Of a stretch of 62,235 nt of DNA, positions 11,661 to 23,340 are shown piece after piece. The position numbers and the translations under genes were made by a program. Origin of the DNA: Glaucostegus cemiculus. Its lineage: Eukaryota. Position 1 is the first letter of the stretch. Every line of letters begins with the position of its first letter. The DNA lies in the NCBI GenBank assembly GCA_976551045.1, contig CDPCPM010000091.1, forward strand, positions 7,255,766 through 7,318,000, in the 5' to 3' direction. A model generated the notes under the pieces. The model had not been told where the DNA came from. It made no database searches and worked only from the letters and a program-made list of their open reading frames with translations.

Positions 11661-13439
11661 TGAATATCTGCCGAAACTCTGGGATTTTTTATAACAAATA
11701 CTTATTTGGTACACCTACCTTATTCTGTCCTTTTGTGCAGAAGGAGCTGTGAGTGACAATTCATTATGTCATATAGTAATAGAACATTTCTCTGTATTGG
11801 AGGGGATCCCAAACATTATTAATTGATAATCCAAAATGGATTATCAATTAATAATGGGTGACAGGAATGTCAATTTTTACTTGTTAATACATTTTTTAGG
11901 CTATCAATCTAATGTCAGTAAAATCAAATGAGAAATATTTAAATCTAGAACGATATCAGATACCTTAATGTGACTCATGACTTAAAAATGACTGAAGTGA
12001 GTTGAATAAGGAATCCACTGACTGAGTCCTAGCCTAGCCAATGCCAGATATATTACAATGCCTCAGAGGCTGCAGCAGGAAGAAGGTAGAACTGCTCAGG
12101 AATGGAGATGGTACAGCAAGTGCAAAACTCACAAATTAAGTAGCAGGCTTATTGCAACAATCAGCTACCTGCATGACAAAGGAGCCTTGAGCTTAGGAGT
12201 GAGGTTGTGATTACATCCAGCCATCTGGGCGATGAAACCCACAGGAACAGTTAACCATCTGCTATGTGTTACCAATAGAAGTGAAAATCAACACTGTTCT
12301 CAACTTTCAGGTCTCATTTACATTCCAAGCTACCGTACGAACATCCGTAAGAAGCAGCCATTTGGTTTAACTGGCATCTGGCATCTTGGCTTGAAAATCC
12401 TTGGGACATGATCTCAGGAGATATGCCAGGATTGTCTCCACCGTTCCCTCCAACTCTGACCATTTCATTGTTTGCAATGGGGCAACTTTAGTTCCATGTT
12501 GTGGGTGGGTGCATTGCAGCCACCCCTCACCCCTCACTTCATGCAAATGGAAAGTGTGCTCCTGCATGGTGAAGAGGGGTGATTCCACATAGCCTTTATA
12601 TAAAGGGTAAACAGTTTGCTTTTAATTTTCTTCCAGTTTCTTGAGCTGGACAATATATCCTCCACCCCCAGCTAGCACAGGTGAGACCCTTCTTCACCTC
12701 TGGGGCCCAGAATAACTCATGTCACTGAGTATGCAGAGCCCCAGGGTTACACCGTGTCCTGATTGACCCACGATTCGCTCTGCGCCAGATGACATATATC
12801 TTGTAAGGAGCAAGTACGTCAAAAGAGGTTAGAGAGAGCAGAGACTTCTGGTTCCAGTGGAGTTACCACTGGAGACCAGCAAAAACGCCATATGATTTGT
12901 GGGCTCTGAAAAACTTTCCCTTGTATTAGAAAGACTGTAAAATGAACGATTTCTTTTTCATTTACTATCTCTTATCATTTGGCTACAGAGCCAACTAGCA
13001 AGTTGCAAGGATTAAAAAGACCTTCTACCTGTGACTGTGATGGACCAGCATCAGTGCCAGCAATTTATTTTACTTAATCTACAATGCACATTTTTCATTT
13101 GGCTGCTATTACTAATTTTTCTGGCCTACAAAATGATATTAAAATGACATTTAACTGAATGCCAACCAGTTGTTTTTCTACTTAGTTACACATGTCCCTT
13201 GACCTGTCCAAATATGGAACAATAAATGTTTTTGAATTCTCAGACTGATTTCCATTATCTTGCTGTCATTCTTAGAGCCATAATTATACATTGGGGTGAC
13301 ACAGGAATCAGTATAGGAGTTCCAACTCTTTACAATCTATATTAATGACAAATGAAGAAATCAAGTATATTGTAACCAAGTTTGCTAATTTCAGATCTCA
13401 GACCTGAAATTTTAACTCTGCTTCTCCTTCCACAAGTAT

Positions 13440-15340
13440 CTTCTCAGAATCTGCCTCATTAAGCTCTTTCACAATCTTATATTTCAATAAGATCCCCTCT
13501 CAGTTTTCTAAACTCCACTGAGTATTGGCCCAGTCCCTCTGCCTTTCCTCACAAGTTGGCTCCTACATCCCAGGAATCAACCTAGTGAACTTTCTCTGAA
13601 CTGCCTTCCATTAAGGTAGATCATTCCTTAATTAAAGAGACAAAAACTGTGCAGTATTCCAAAAATGTGATCTCACTGATGCTTTGTACAGTTCAATAAG
13701 ACTTCTGGACATTCAGATTCCATTCTCTTTCTGCTAACTTTCTGTACGTCATATATAAGGGCACCCAGATTCTTTTGAAGAGCAGCCTTCTGAAGTATCT
13801 CACTACTTAAACAGTATTCTTTCTATTTTTCCCATCAAAGTGGATAGCCTCACATTTGCCCAATTGTACTCCCTGTTAATTTTTTGCCCACTTGCATAAC
13901 CTATCTCTATCTTTTGCAGACTCTTTGCATCTTCCTCACAACCTGCTTTCCTTGCAGTCTTTGTATCATTAGAAAATTTAGTTACAATGGTTTCTTCATC
14001 TAGGTCATTAATAATAAGATTGTAAATAGTTGAAACTCTAGTACTGATTCCTATGTCACCCCACTAGTTACAGCTTGCCAAGCTGAAAATAATGCATTTA
14101 TTTCTAATTCTCTGTTTCCTGTTAGTTAGGCAGACCTCTGTCTTTGTTTATTTATTACTCTTCATCTTATGAGCACTCTTAGTGTAGCATGTTAGCAATT
14201 GCCTTCTCAGAATCAGAATCAGGTTTATTATCACTGATATATGTCATGCAATTTGTTGTTTTGTGGCAGCAATACAATGCAAAGACATAAAAATTACTAT
14301 AAGTTACAAAAATAAATAAATAGTGCAAAGGAGGAATAACTAGGTAGTGTTCATGGGTTCATGGACCATTCACAAATCTGATCGAGGAGGGAAAGAAGCT
14401 GTTCTTGAAACATTAAGTGGGGGTCTTCAGGCTCCTGTACCTCCTCCACAATGATAGTGACGTGAAGAGGGCATGTCCCAGATGGTGAGGGTCCTTAATG
14501 ATGGATGCTGCCTTCTTGAGGCACTGCCTCTTGAAGATGTCCTTGATGGCGGGGAGGGTTGTGCCCATGTTGGAATCCATGAATCTAAATACTGTGTGTC
14601 TACTAATTTGCCTTTATTGAACCTGTTTGTTACATCCTCAAACCTGAGTTCCTTGTCATGAAACTGTGTTGACTCTGCCTAATTTTAAAATGACTTTCTA
14701 AGTGTCTTTTTACTACTTCCTCATTTCTGCATTTTCCAAATGGCAGATGTAAAACTAACTGACCAATAGATTTCTGCTTTCTGTCTCACTCCTTTCTTGA
14801 CTGGGAGGTTCTATTGTCAGTTTCCAGTTCACTGAGATCTTTCCAGAATCTACTGAATTTGAGAAGATCACAACCCATGAACCTCTGCATCCATTTCTTT
14901 GAGGACCTGAGAATGCATCAGATGCTATTCATCCCATTATCTTGCCTAGAATCTTTTCCCTAATGGCAGTGATGGTTTTAAGTTCCTCTCTTTCTTTTGT
15001 TCCTAGATTTTCTGCTATAATTGGGATGCTTTTGGTATTTTCTACCATGAAGACATTTACAAAATATTTGTTCAAAATCTCTGCCATTTCCTTATTTCTC
15101 CTTATTAATTCCCCAATCTCATCCTTTAAGGTACAAACGTTTGTCTTAAGTACTCTTTTCCTTTTTATATACTTGTAGTTCTTAGTATCTGTTTTTATTT
15201 TTCTTGTTAGCTTTGTGTCAATTTTTCTTTCTCCTCTTTATGTTTGTTTTGGTTGTCCTTTGTTGATTTCTAAAATGTTTCCAATCTTTTGGTTTACCCA
15301 CTAATCTTCACAGAATTATATGTGTTTTTCCCTCAGTTTG
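13440..15340 (-). mobile_element. Old CR1 ORF2 fragment interrupted by a Rex1-like 3' fragment
   Basis: Minus-strand 'VTSGVT...' region and 'EMAEILNKYFVNVF' (reverse complement of ~15050-15095). Confidence 0.7.
14207..14572 (-). mobile_element. Older Rex1/Babar-type LINE 3' fragment, (CTGATT)n tail
   Basis: CAGAATCAGAATCAGGTTTATTATCACTGA tail. Closely similar to 61920-62235. Confidence 0.75.
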
Positions 15341-16639
15341 ATGCTTAATGCCTGAGAGAGTGACATGTTTTATTTTTGTTAATTGCTGTATTGTGCTTGC
15401 TCTGTGAGAGCAGAACTTTATTTACTTTCTGGGGGCAGCTTTGCCACTGTTAGATGCTTGGAAAAATTGATGCAACATAGGTAAATTGTGGGAAGCAGGA
15501 TTGACTTTATAGTGCTCTCTGCTGATTTCTGTAGTTCTCTCAATCCTTCCCCAATCTCCTTTTGAAATATCTCAGTTTTGCTTGCTTGCCATGCCCTTTT
15601 AACATGTGCTAGTTTTATTTTTATTTTTAATAGTTAATCTTTGAGAATTGAAACAAGATCATTTCCCCATCTTCTACCATTTTGCTCTGCCATTGACCAT
15701 ATTTCTCAGTCAGTACAGCAGCTTTTGCATATATCTTTAATGCTACTATTCTTTTTCATGTATATATGATAACCTTTACACAATACAAGCTCCTGCCATT
15801 GAGTTTTCCCCATTGGGAGCATGCATCAGGAAATTGCAAGTGTACTGCATAAGATTTTTCATTCGTTAAATATAAAAAGCATGGAAGATCATGGAGACCA
15901 TTCCCATTATTTCCTGGTACTTCCGGTGGATGGGTGAAGCTCTCTGAAAGATCATGCATTAGAAAAATTGGCTCTTATGTATGCTGTTAATTTATCTTAT
16001 TGAAATAAACTTTGGCGATCTTCCTTGCCTCATGCAATTCTTGATTTGGTCCTCCTGCCCACATCCTAGGGTCTTGATGGAAGCAGGTGCAGAGATAATA
16101 GATTCATTGGTTGTGATCCTCCAAAATATCCTAGATTCTGGAAACATTGTAGTGGATTGGAATCTGCAAATGCACCTTTCTGTGTGACAAATTCCATTGC
16201 CTATTCCTTCCTCAGAGGATTTGGAAACAGACAGTATCCACCACAATTCAGATTGCGATACTTCATTACCAAGGATTATGGTTAGTGAGCTGGAGATTGC
16301 AATTCTGAGTCATTATCTCAAAATTTTTGCACATTCCCTGGATACATAAAGAAACATCAATGGATTTATTTGGGAGAAGAGGTTTGTTTGAGGAAGAGGT
16401 TTGTTTGAGAAAGATTTGTTTTAGTGAGAACATTATAAAGAGCAGTGAATCCTTCCATATCTGGATTTTGCTCTCATCTTTTAATGCTTCTCCTCTTCCT
16501 TAAAGTCTCCCTCTGTTCCCCTCTTAACTTTGTAAATGAGCCTAGCTTGTTCTTATGTGTGGACCATATTGATGTGTCGCCCACAAATTTGTCTCATGAA
16601 TGGTAAAGTTGGTTGCAAACCTAAACATTTGGGTGAAGA

Positions 16640-19360
16640 AAAGGATTACAGCATTGATAAATGCATACCTATAATGGTCGCTGTGGTCGACTTGGGAACC
16701 AGTGACTTAGGTGGGACAAAGGAACAATTCTGAAAGGGAATATGAGAAGCTAGGATATAAATTAATAAGCAAAACCACAAAGGTAATAATCAAGGGATTA
16801 TGAGCTAAACCACATGCAAATTGGCAATAGATCAAATAGATCTGAGAATTGAATGTGTGGTACAAAGAATGGTCTGGGAAAAAAGGTTTCAATGTTAACA
16901 GTGCTGGGGAAAAATGGAGCTGTTCTGTTGCAATGGATTCAATTAAATTGGGCTGGGACCTGGGCTGAAGGTATGGTATTAAAATAAACATCAGCAGGAG
17001 GATCAGGTGAGGGGAAGTTTAAAAATTTTAAGAGAAAGGCAAAGTAATAGCACTTCGTGTAATGATAGGCAGAATGTGAAAGACAGCAATAGATAATAGA
17101 TAATAGTAATAGTGCAGCAGAAGCAGGGTCAAAGTAGGTAAAATGGAAATGTCAAAGTTAAAGGCTCTTTATTGTACAAGACGTTAGTGGCACAAATAGA
17201 GATGAATGGGTTTTATAAATTAGCCTTTACAGCGACAACACAGGATGTCCAAGACTGAGAACTGAACATTCAAATTTACATTTTGAAGAGATGGGCAAGA
17301 ATGGTCAAGGAGTGGGGATTAGTTCTGCGTTTAAGAGGTTCTTAGATAAGCACATGTATATGCAGAGAATGGAGGGATATGGACCGTGTGCAGACAGAAG
17401 GAATTAGGTGTCATTAGTTTAATTAGTTTGGCACAACATCGTGGACCAAAGGGCCTGCTGTACTGTTCTGTGTTCTATGTTCTAATAAGGGATGGAATTA
17501 GAATAATAATCATAAAAGATCTTGGTGTATAACATCAGGAAGTAGAATGGGTTTGGGAAGAGGTCAGGAATAACAAGGAGAAGAAACCAGTGATGAGGGT
17601 AGTTTGTAGGCCCTCTAATGGTATCTATGCTTTTGGATGGACTGTCAATCTTCAAGTAATGAGGGCTTATTATAAAGCCAATAATTATGAGAGACTTTAA
17701 TCTTCATAGAGACTGGGTCAATTGACAGAAGAGTTTTAATGGTGAGCTCATGGAATTTACTCAGGCTAGTTCCCTAAAACAATATTTTATCTGAAAATGG
17801 ATTCCAGTTTCTGTTTTACTTTGATTTGACACTCACTGGTTGAGCCTATATGGATCCTTTTGGAGCACAATACACCCCTTCTGATTGGTCATACCAACTG
17901 TCAATCCGGAACAAGAGTGGGAATTCTCTGTTCAGAGAGTCTCAACCTCCCACCATTGCTTTGCAAGTGATTGGACAAAAGTTCTACCATTGATGAATCA
18001 CTTAATAAATTAATGTCTCAGTGTCCATTGGGATTGACAATGCCTTGCTTCCACTCTGGTTGTATGAGACTCATGAGCCCAGTGGGGGAAGTGCAGACTC
18101 TTCCACTGATGGAATAGGATGCATCTGATGGGGCAGGGAGTTGGGCAGCTTGTGAAGTGGTGCACTCCTTCCATGACTTCTCCCAATGCATGCACACAAG
18201 TTCTCAATACCATCCAGAATGCTTCTACTCCATTTGAGCAGCCATGGGCCAGAGTCTCCCAGGAGTTGGTGGGAGTGACGCATTTTTTTTAAGGAGATTT
18301 TGAGCACATCTTTGAATCTTTTCTTGTCTGCCCATGACAGAGCTTGGGGCTTCAGGAGTTTGGTAGGCATGTAGATGAAGTGGCCTCAGAACAGAGTGAC
18401 ATGAATGTAACTAATGGCCCCAAAGCTGGGGTTGTTGGCTTGGGAGGGGATGCATTACAACAGTAACTTACTGCATGCAGATTGTTCTGGCCCTTTGCCT
18501 CATTGCTAAAGGTGGGGTTGATTTTAGAACAATCAGAGGTGGATATGAAGCACATAATGAGGTCATTATTAAAAGAGAGCTTGCAGTGAAGAAAGTACTC
18601 AAGGTACACCAATTATGCGGTCCTTTTAGGACCCAAGAACAGTTAAGGAAGAAAGACGGTGATCTTTGAATTTTCTGTGGGAAAGGAAAATTTTGCCAAA
18701 GTACTGATATTATGGTAAATGTGATTCTCTTCCTTGAAACAGGTTTAAAATTTAGACCCATCCATTTTAAGTTCAATTTCTGGTAAACTATGGAATAAAT
18801 AACTCTGGATTGCTTTGGGAAATGATGTAAAGGAAAGTAAAATGAAATGCAATATTTGTGGTTTATGGTTTTCAAAAAGCTTTTGATGTTACATCAGGTA
18901 ATGGAACTATGATTTAGGTAATATTGCATGATAACAAACAATGTGACCACATGGAAAGATAAATGTTAGGAAGACAGAAAGGAAAGCTGGTATGAATTGA
19001 AGACCTGCACCAGGAATGATGTGGTGAAATGTGTTCCACAGGGATCTATATTTGGGTTTCTGTTGTTTATTACATTGACCTGGAATTAATAATTGTGTGA
19101 GAACAATGATGAAATTTGCTGATGACACATCAGTTGGAGAATTATGGTAAACTGTGAAGAAAATTGTGAAATAAAGGAAGAGAATATGGATAGAGACAGC
19201 AGAGGAATTTCAGTGTAGAAAAATGTGAATTAGTATATCTTAGAACAAGAATAGAGGAAGGAAACAAACCTTTAATGGTTAGGTTTTAAATAGAGCAGAG
19301 GAAGAGAAGGACCTTAATATGCAGTTCTGCAGGTCACGAAAATGCTTTAGGCTTCAGGTA
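16640..19360 (+). mobile_element. Old, long CR1 copy: ORF1 esterase (SGNH-like) remnant, APE and RT remnants, with nested insertions
   Basis: 'VAVVDLGTSDLG...YEKLGYKL..KTTKVIIKGL' at ~16670-16800, 'LVAQIEMNG' at ~17185, and 'FQKAFD' and 'KFADDT' at 18870-19130. A CR1 3' piece sits at 17330-17483. Confidence 0.65.
18030..18385 (-). mobile_element. RTE-clade LINE 3' fragment
   Basis: ORF 18071-18370 reads 'MPTKLLKPQAL..KKRFKDVLKISLKK'. Confidence 0.65.
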
Positions 19361-19363
19361 TAA

Positions 19364-19931
19364 AATCAGAATCAGAATCAGAATCAGAATCAGTTTTATT
19401 GTCACAACCATATACATACATAGTATGCATGGGAGCGAGATACCGTCCTCCTCAGGTGCTCGTCCTATTAAATAACAACCAACAGAGACACACAGACACA
19501 CTTAACAGAATAAACATTAAAAAACATTAAACATTAAAAACTACGAAGTTAAAATTAAATTAATACGCAGATTAAATTTAAAATGGCCGGTAAATAAATA
19601 AATAGTTATTAAAGTGAATGGGCTGGTGGTGGGCATTTAAAGTGCTGGTGCACTTCTGTGCACCTAGCATCTCTTAATGTTAACAAGGAAGATGGAGGGA
19701 TGAGAGAGTTTGCAGTTCTGATGGCTTGCGGAAAGAAGCTATTGTTCAGCCTGGTCGTTCTTGCCCTGATACATTTAAGCCTCCTCCCTGATGGCAAAAT
19801 TGTAAAGAGGTGATGGGAGGGGTGAGAAGGGTCGGCCATTATGCTTTTGGTCTTCCTCACACAACGGTCTTTGTATATGTCTGCGATGGATGGAAGAGAG
19901 ACACCTATGATCCTCTCCACAGCCCTAACTA
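19364..19931 (-). mobile_element. Rex1/Babar LINE, 3' part of the host copy (continues at 21225-21480)
   Basis: (GAATCA)n at 19364-19392 and '[36 protein letters not shown]'. Confidence 0.92.
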
Positions 19932-19936
19932 AAGCC

Positions 19937-21227
19937 CTCCGCTTTCAATACCATCATCCCGCAACAGCTTATCAGGAAGTTGAGCGCTCTGGGCATTAAC
20001 TCTCCTCTCTGCAATTGGATACTGGATTTTTTAACTTGCAGGCCGCAGTCAGTCAAAATTGGTGAAAACACCTCAAGCACCATCACACTGAGCACTGGCT
20101 CCCCTCAGGGTTGTGTGCTCAGTCCGCTCCTGTTCACCTTGTTGACCCACGACTGTGAGGCCAGATTCAGCTCCAACCGCATTGTTAAATTTGCCGATGA
20201 CACGACAGTGGTGGGTCTTGTCATGGATGACGATGAGTCGGACTACAGAGAGGAGGTGAAACAACTAGCCGTGTGGTGCTATGACAACAACTTCTCCTTG
20301 AATGTGGATAAAACCAAGGAGATGATAGTGGATTTTAGGAGGGGTCACCGTGTGCACGCCCCGCTGACCATCAACGGGTCTGCTGTGGAACAAGTACGCA
20401 GCACCAAGTTCCTGGGGGTGCACATCACCGACGACCTGACCTGGTCCACTAACATTACGGCCCTCACGAAGAAGGCTCAGAAACGCCTCTACTTCCTGCG
20501 GAGACTGAGGAAAGCATACCCCCATCCCTCCATCATGAAATCCTTCTACAGGGGGACCATTGAGAGCATCCTATCTCAATGTATCACTGTTTGGTTTGGA
20601 AGCTGCTCAGCTGCTGGGCGGAAGTCCCTCCAGAAGATAGTTAGGGCTGCGGAGTGGATCATAGGTGTCTCGCTTCCATCCCTCGCAGACATATACAAAG
20701 ACCGTTGTGTGAGGAAGACCAAAAGCATAATGGCCGACCCTTCTCACCCCTCCCACCACCTCTTCACAATTTTGCCATCAGGGAGGAGGCTTAAATGTAT
20801 CAGGGCAAGAACGACCAAGCTGAACAATAGCTTCTTTCCGCAAGCCATCAGAACTGCAAACTCTCTCATCCCTCCATCTTCCTTTGTTAACACTAAGAGA
20901 TGCTAGGTGCACAGAAATGCACCAGCACTTTAAATGCCCGCCACCAGCCCGTTCACTTTAATAACTATTTATTTATTTACTGGCCATTTTTAATTTAATC
21001 TGCGTAATAATTTAATTTTAACCTCCATAGCTTCTAATGTGTAATGTTTTGTACTGTGTATTCTGCCAAGTATGTATGTGTGTCTCTGTTGGTTGTTATG
21101 TTATTTTTATGGGACGAGCACCTGAGGAGGACGGTATCTCGCTTCTATGCATACTATGTATGTATATGGTTGTGACAATAAAACTGATTCTGAACTGATT
21201 CTGATTCTGATTCTGATACTGATTCTA
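19937..21227 (+). mobile_element. Young 5'-truncated Rex1/Babar LINE inserted antisense into a copy of the same family
   Basis: RT motifs [16 protein letters not shown] and KFADD; AATAAA followed by a (CTGATT)n tail; CTA duplicated at 19929-19931 and 21225-21227. Confidence 0.92.
19980..20906 (+). pseudogene. Uninterrupted but 5'-truncated Rex1 reverse transcriptase ORF (308 aa)
   Basis: ORF track. Lacks the endonuclease and the N-terminal part of RT. Confidence 0.85.
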
Positions 21228-21480
21228 TCCTCTGGAGGGACTTGCGCCCAGCAGCTGAGCAGCTTCCAAACCAAACAGTGATACATTGGGTTAGGATGCT
21301 CTCAATGGTCCCTCTATAGAAGGTTTTCATGACGGAGGGATGGGAGTTCGCTTTCCTCAGTCTCCGCAGGAAGTAGAGGCGTTTCTGAGCTTTCTTCGTG
21401 AGGGCCGTAATGTTAGTGGACCAGGTCAGGTCGTCGGTGATGTGCATCCCCAGGAACTTGGTGCTGCGTACTTGTTCCAC
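21225..21480 (-). mobile_element. Rex1 host copy, 5' remainder
   Basis: CTATCCTCTGGAGGGACTT continues directly from CAGCCCTAACTA at 19931, as in the intact copy at 27303-27330. Confidence 0.9.
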
Positions 21481-21707
21481 TTGTTCTCCCTGTGTCTGCA
21501 TGTGTTTCCTCTGGGTGCTCCGGTTTCCTCCCACATTCCAAAAGACATACGTGTTAGGAAGTTGTGGGCATGCTATGTTGGTGTCTGAAGTGTGGTGACA
21601 CTTGCGGGCTGCCCCCAGAACACTCTACGCAAAATATATATTTCACTGTGTGTTTCAGTGTACATGTAACTAATGAAGATTTCTTATCTTATCTCTCTTA
21701 TCTTATC
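21481..21707 (+). mobile_element. 5'-truncated V-SINE family A
   Basis: V core and (TCTTA)n tail present; tRNA head absent. Confidence 0.88.
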
Positions 21708-21797
21708 CTGTCCGATGGTAGCTGTGAGAAGACGGATGGTGGGGATCTTTGATGACAGATGTTGCCTTCTTGAAGCAGTGCTTCTAGTAGATACTTC

Positions 21798-22078
21798 GGT
21801 GGACGGTGCTTGTGGAGAAGCCTTTATTCGTGTTTCATCTTACGGCTTACTGAACTGAACTTTAAGAACTAATTCCTGGACTTTGAGTTTAGGAATTCGA
21901 CACACACACATGACGAGTAGTTTTTTGGGTTATAGTTTAAGATTCTAATATTTTGTTTTGTACTAATATACTAACTTTTTGTTCTTATTTTACGTATTAT
22001 CGGAAGCAGTTATTAATAATATAGTTTTAACACGGAAGTACGACTTGGTGTGCTTCTTTTGTTGCTGGTTTCGAAACA
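21798..22078 (+). mobile_element. Possible LTR 3' fragment inside an old Rex1-like piece
   Basis: CpG-retaining segment ending TTGCTGGTTTCGAAACA. It interrupts GTAGATACTTC...GATGGTGGGGAGGGA. Confidence 0.35.
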
Positions 22079-22769
22079 AAAAGATGGTGGGGAGGGATTT
22101 CAACTTGAGGAAAAGCTCGACTTGTCCAAAAGTTGGCGGAATGCTTATTCAACATGTCCACCCACGCAGGCTTGGGATCAATACACATTTTATCACCAGG
22201 CTTCCTTCAAATGGAAGCAATGAGCTGTGGATACCAGACAGGCCAGCCATCAACTTGCTAGATAATTTGATGAGAACTAAGAACTCTAATGTAGAGCTGG
22301 CTCACATGTACACTCAAAGTGAAGAGAACAGTGGCTCTCATTACTCCTGTGGACAGGAAGAGTACCTTTGCCTCATCTGTCTCCACTAAAATATAACCTG
22401 GAAATCACTATCTGGTCATTTTCTGGGCAGATTTTGTAGGTCAATTTGACGATCAGCGGTTAGAAAACTCAAGATCTGGTGCAATAACGTTGAGCACTTT
22501 TCAAGCTCTGCTCATTCATTCAACAGTTTTCACCAGGGGTTTTACAAGCAGTGTAGAGCCCAGTTTGGAGAGCAAAGCAATCTCTGTTTCAAGCTGACAG
22601 ATTGCTTCATCTAGGGGAATATGGTATCAGGTGGTTCTTGGATGACTTTAGGTCAGCTGAAGTCCCCCACCATCACCCTCAATTATTTTCAACTCTTGAC
22701 CAACGTTTCTTCACACAGGAGCTAGCTGGCTATAAAGTTCTCTCATATGTTCTTAGAAAAGGAAAGTCA

Positions 22770-23006
22770 GAGGTAAGTTTGTTTACACAGAGAGTGGTGG
22801 GTGTGTGGAACGCACTGCCAACAGAGGTGGTGGGGGCAGATACATCAGGGACATTCAAGAGTCACTTAGATAGGCACATGAATGACAGAGAAATGGAGGG
22901 TTATGAGGGAGGAAAGGTTTAGATAGATCTTAGAGCAGGATAAAATGTTGGCACAACATTGTGGGCTGAAGGGTCTGTACTGTGCTGTAATGTTCTATGT
23001 TCTATG
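22770..23006 (+). mobile_element. CR1 3' fragment
   Basis: 'FTQRVVGVWNALP' and (TTCTATG)n tail. Confidence 0.85.
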
Positions 23007-23129
23007 AAAGGAGAAAGTAGCCAAGGAAAATATTTAAAACTGAAACAAAAGTGACATTTTTGACAATAGATGAAGTATGCCTAGGAATTTCAATTTCTTG
23101 GCTTTTGCAAGGACATGTGTGAACATGTG

Positions 23130-23340
23130 TGTACAGTGCCATAGGTCCTTTGGCCCACTGAGTCTATGTCGACCATCAAGCAACTACTTACACTAATCTG
23201 ACACTAATCCCATTTTATTCCCCCCATATTCCCATCAACTCATCGCTCACCTACATACTAGGGGATAATTACAGCAGCCAACTTACCTACCGACCTTGCA
23301 CTTCTTTGGGATGAGAGAGAACGTGAAATCTCCAACACAA
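23130..23340 (-). mobile_element. V-SINE-like fragment with CR1-type tail
   Basis: GGTCCTTTGGCCCA (CR1 tail, reverse complement) plus CTTTGGGATG core remnant. Similar to 40420-40690. Confidence 0.55.

Noticed and set aside
12638-12681. Possible + strand micro-exon (TTCCAG...CAG|GTGAGA)
   Set aside because: Splice-like signals only, with no partner exons or recognisable peptide.
19364-21227. Twin-priming 5' inversion of one LINE
   Set aside because: Both arms carry their own 3' tail, and the host resumes at 21225.
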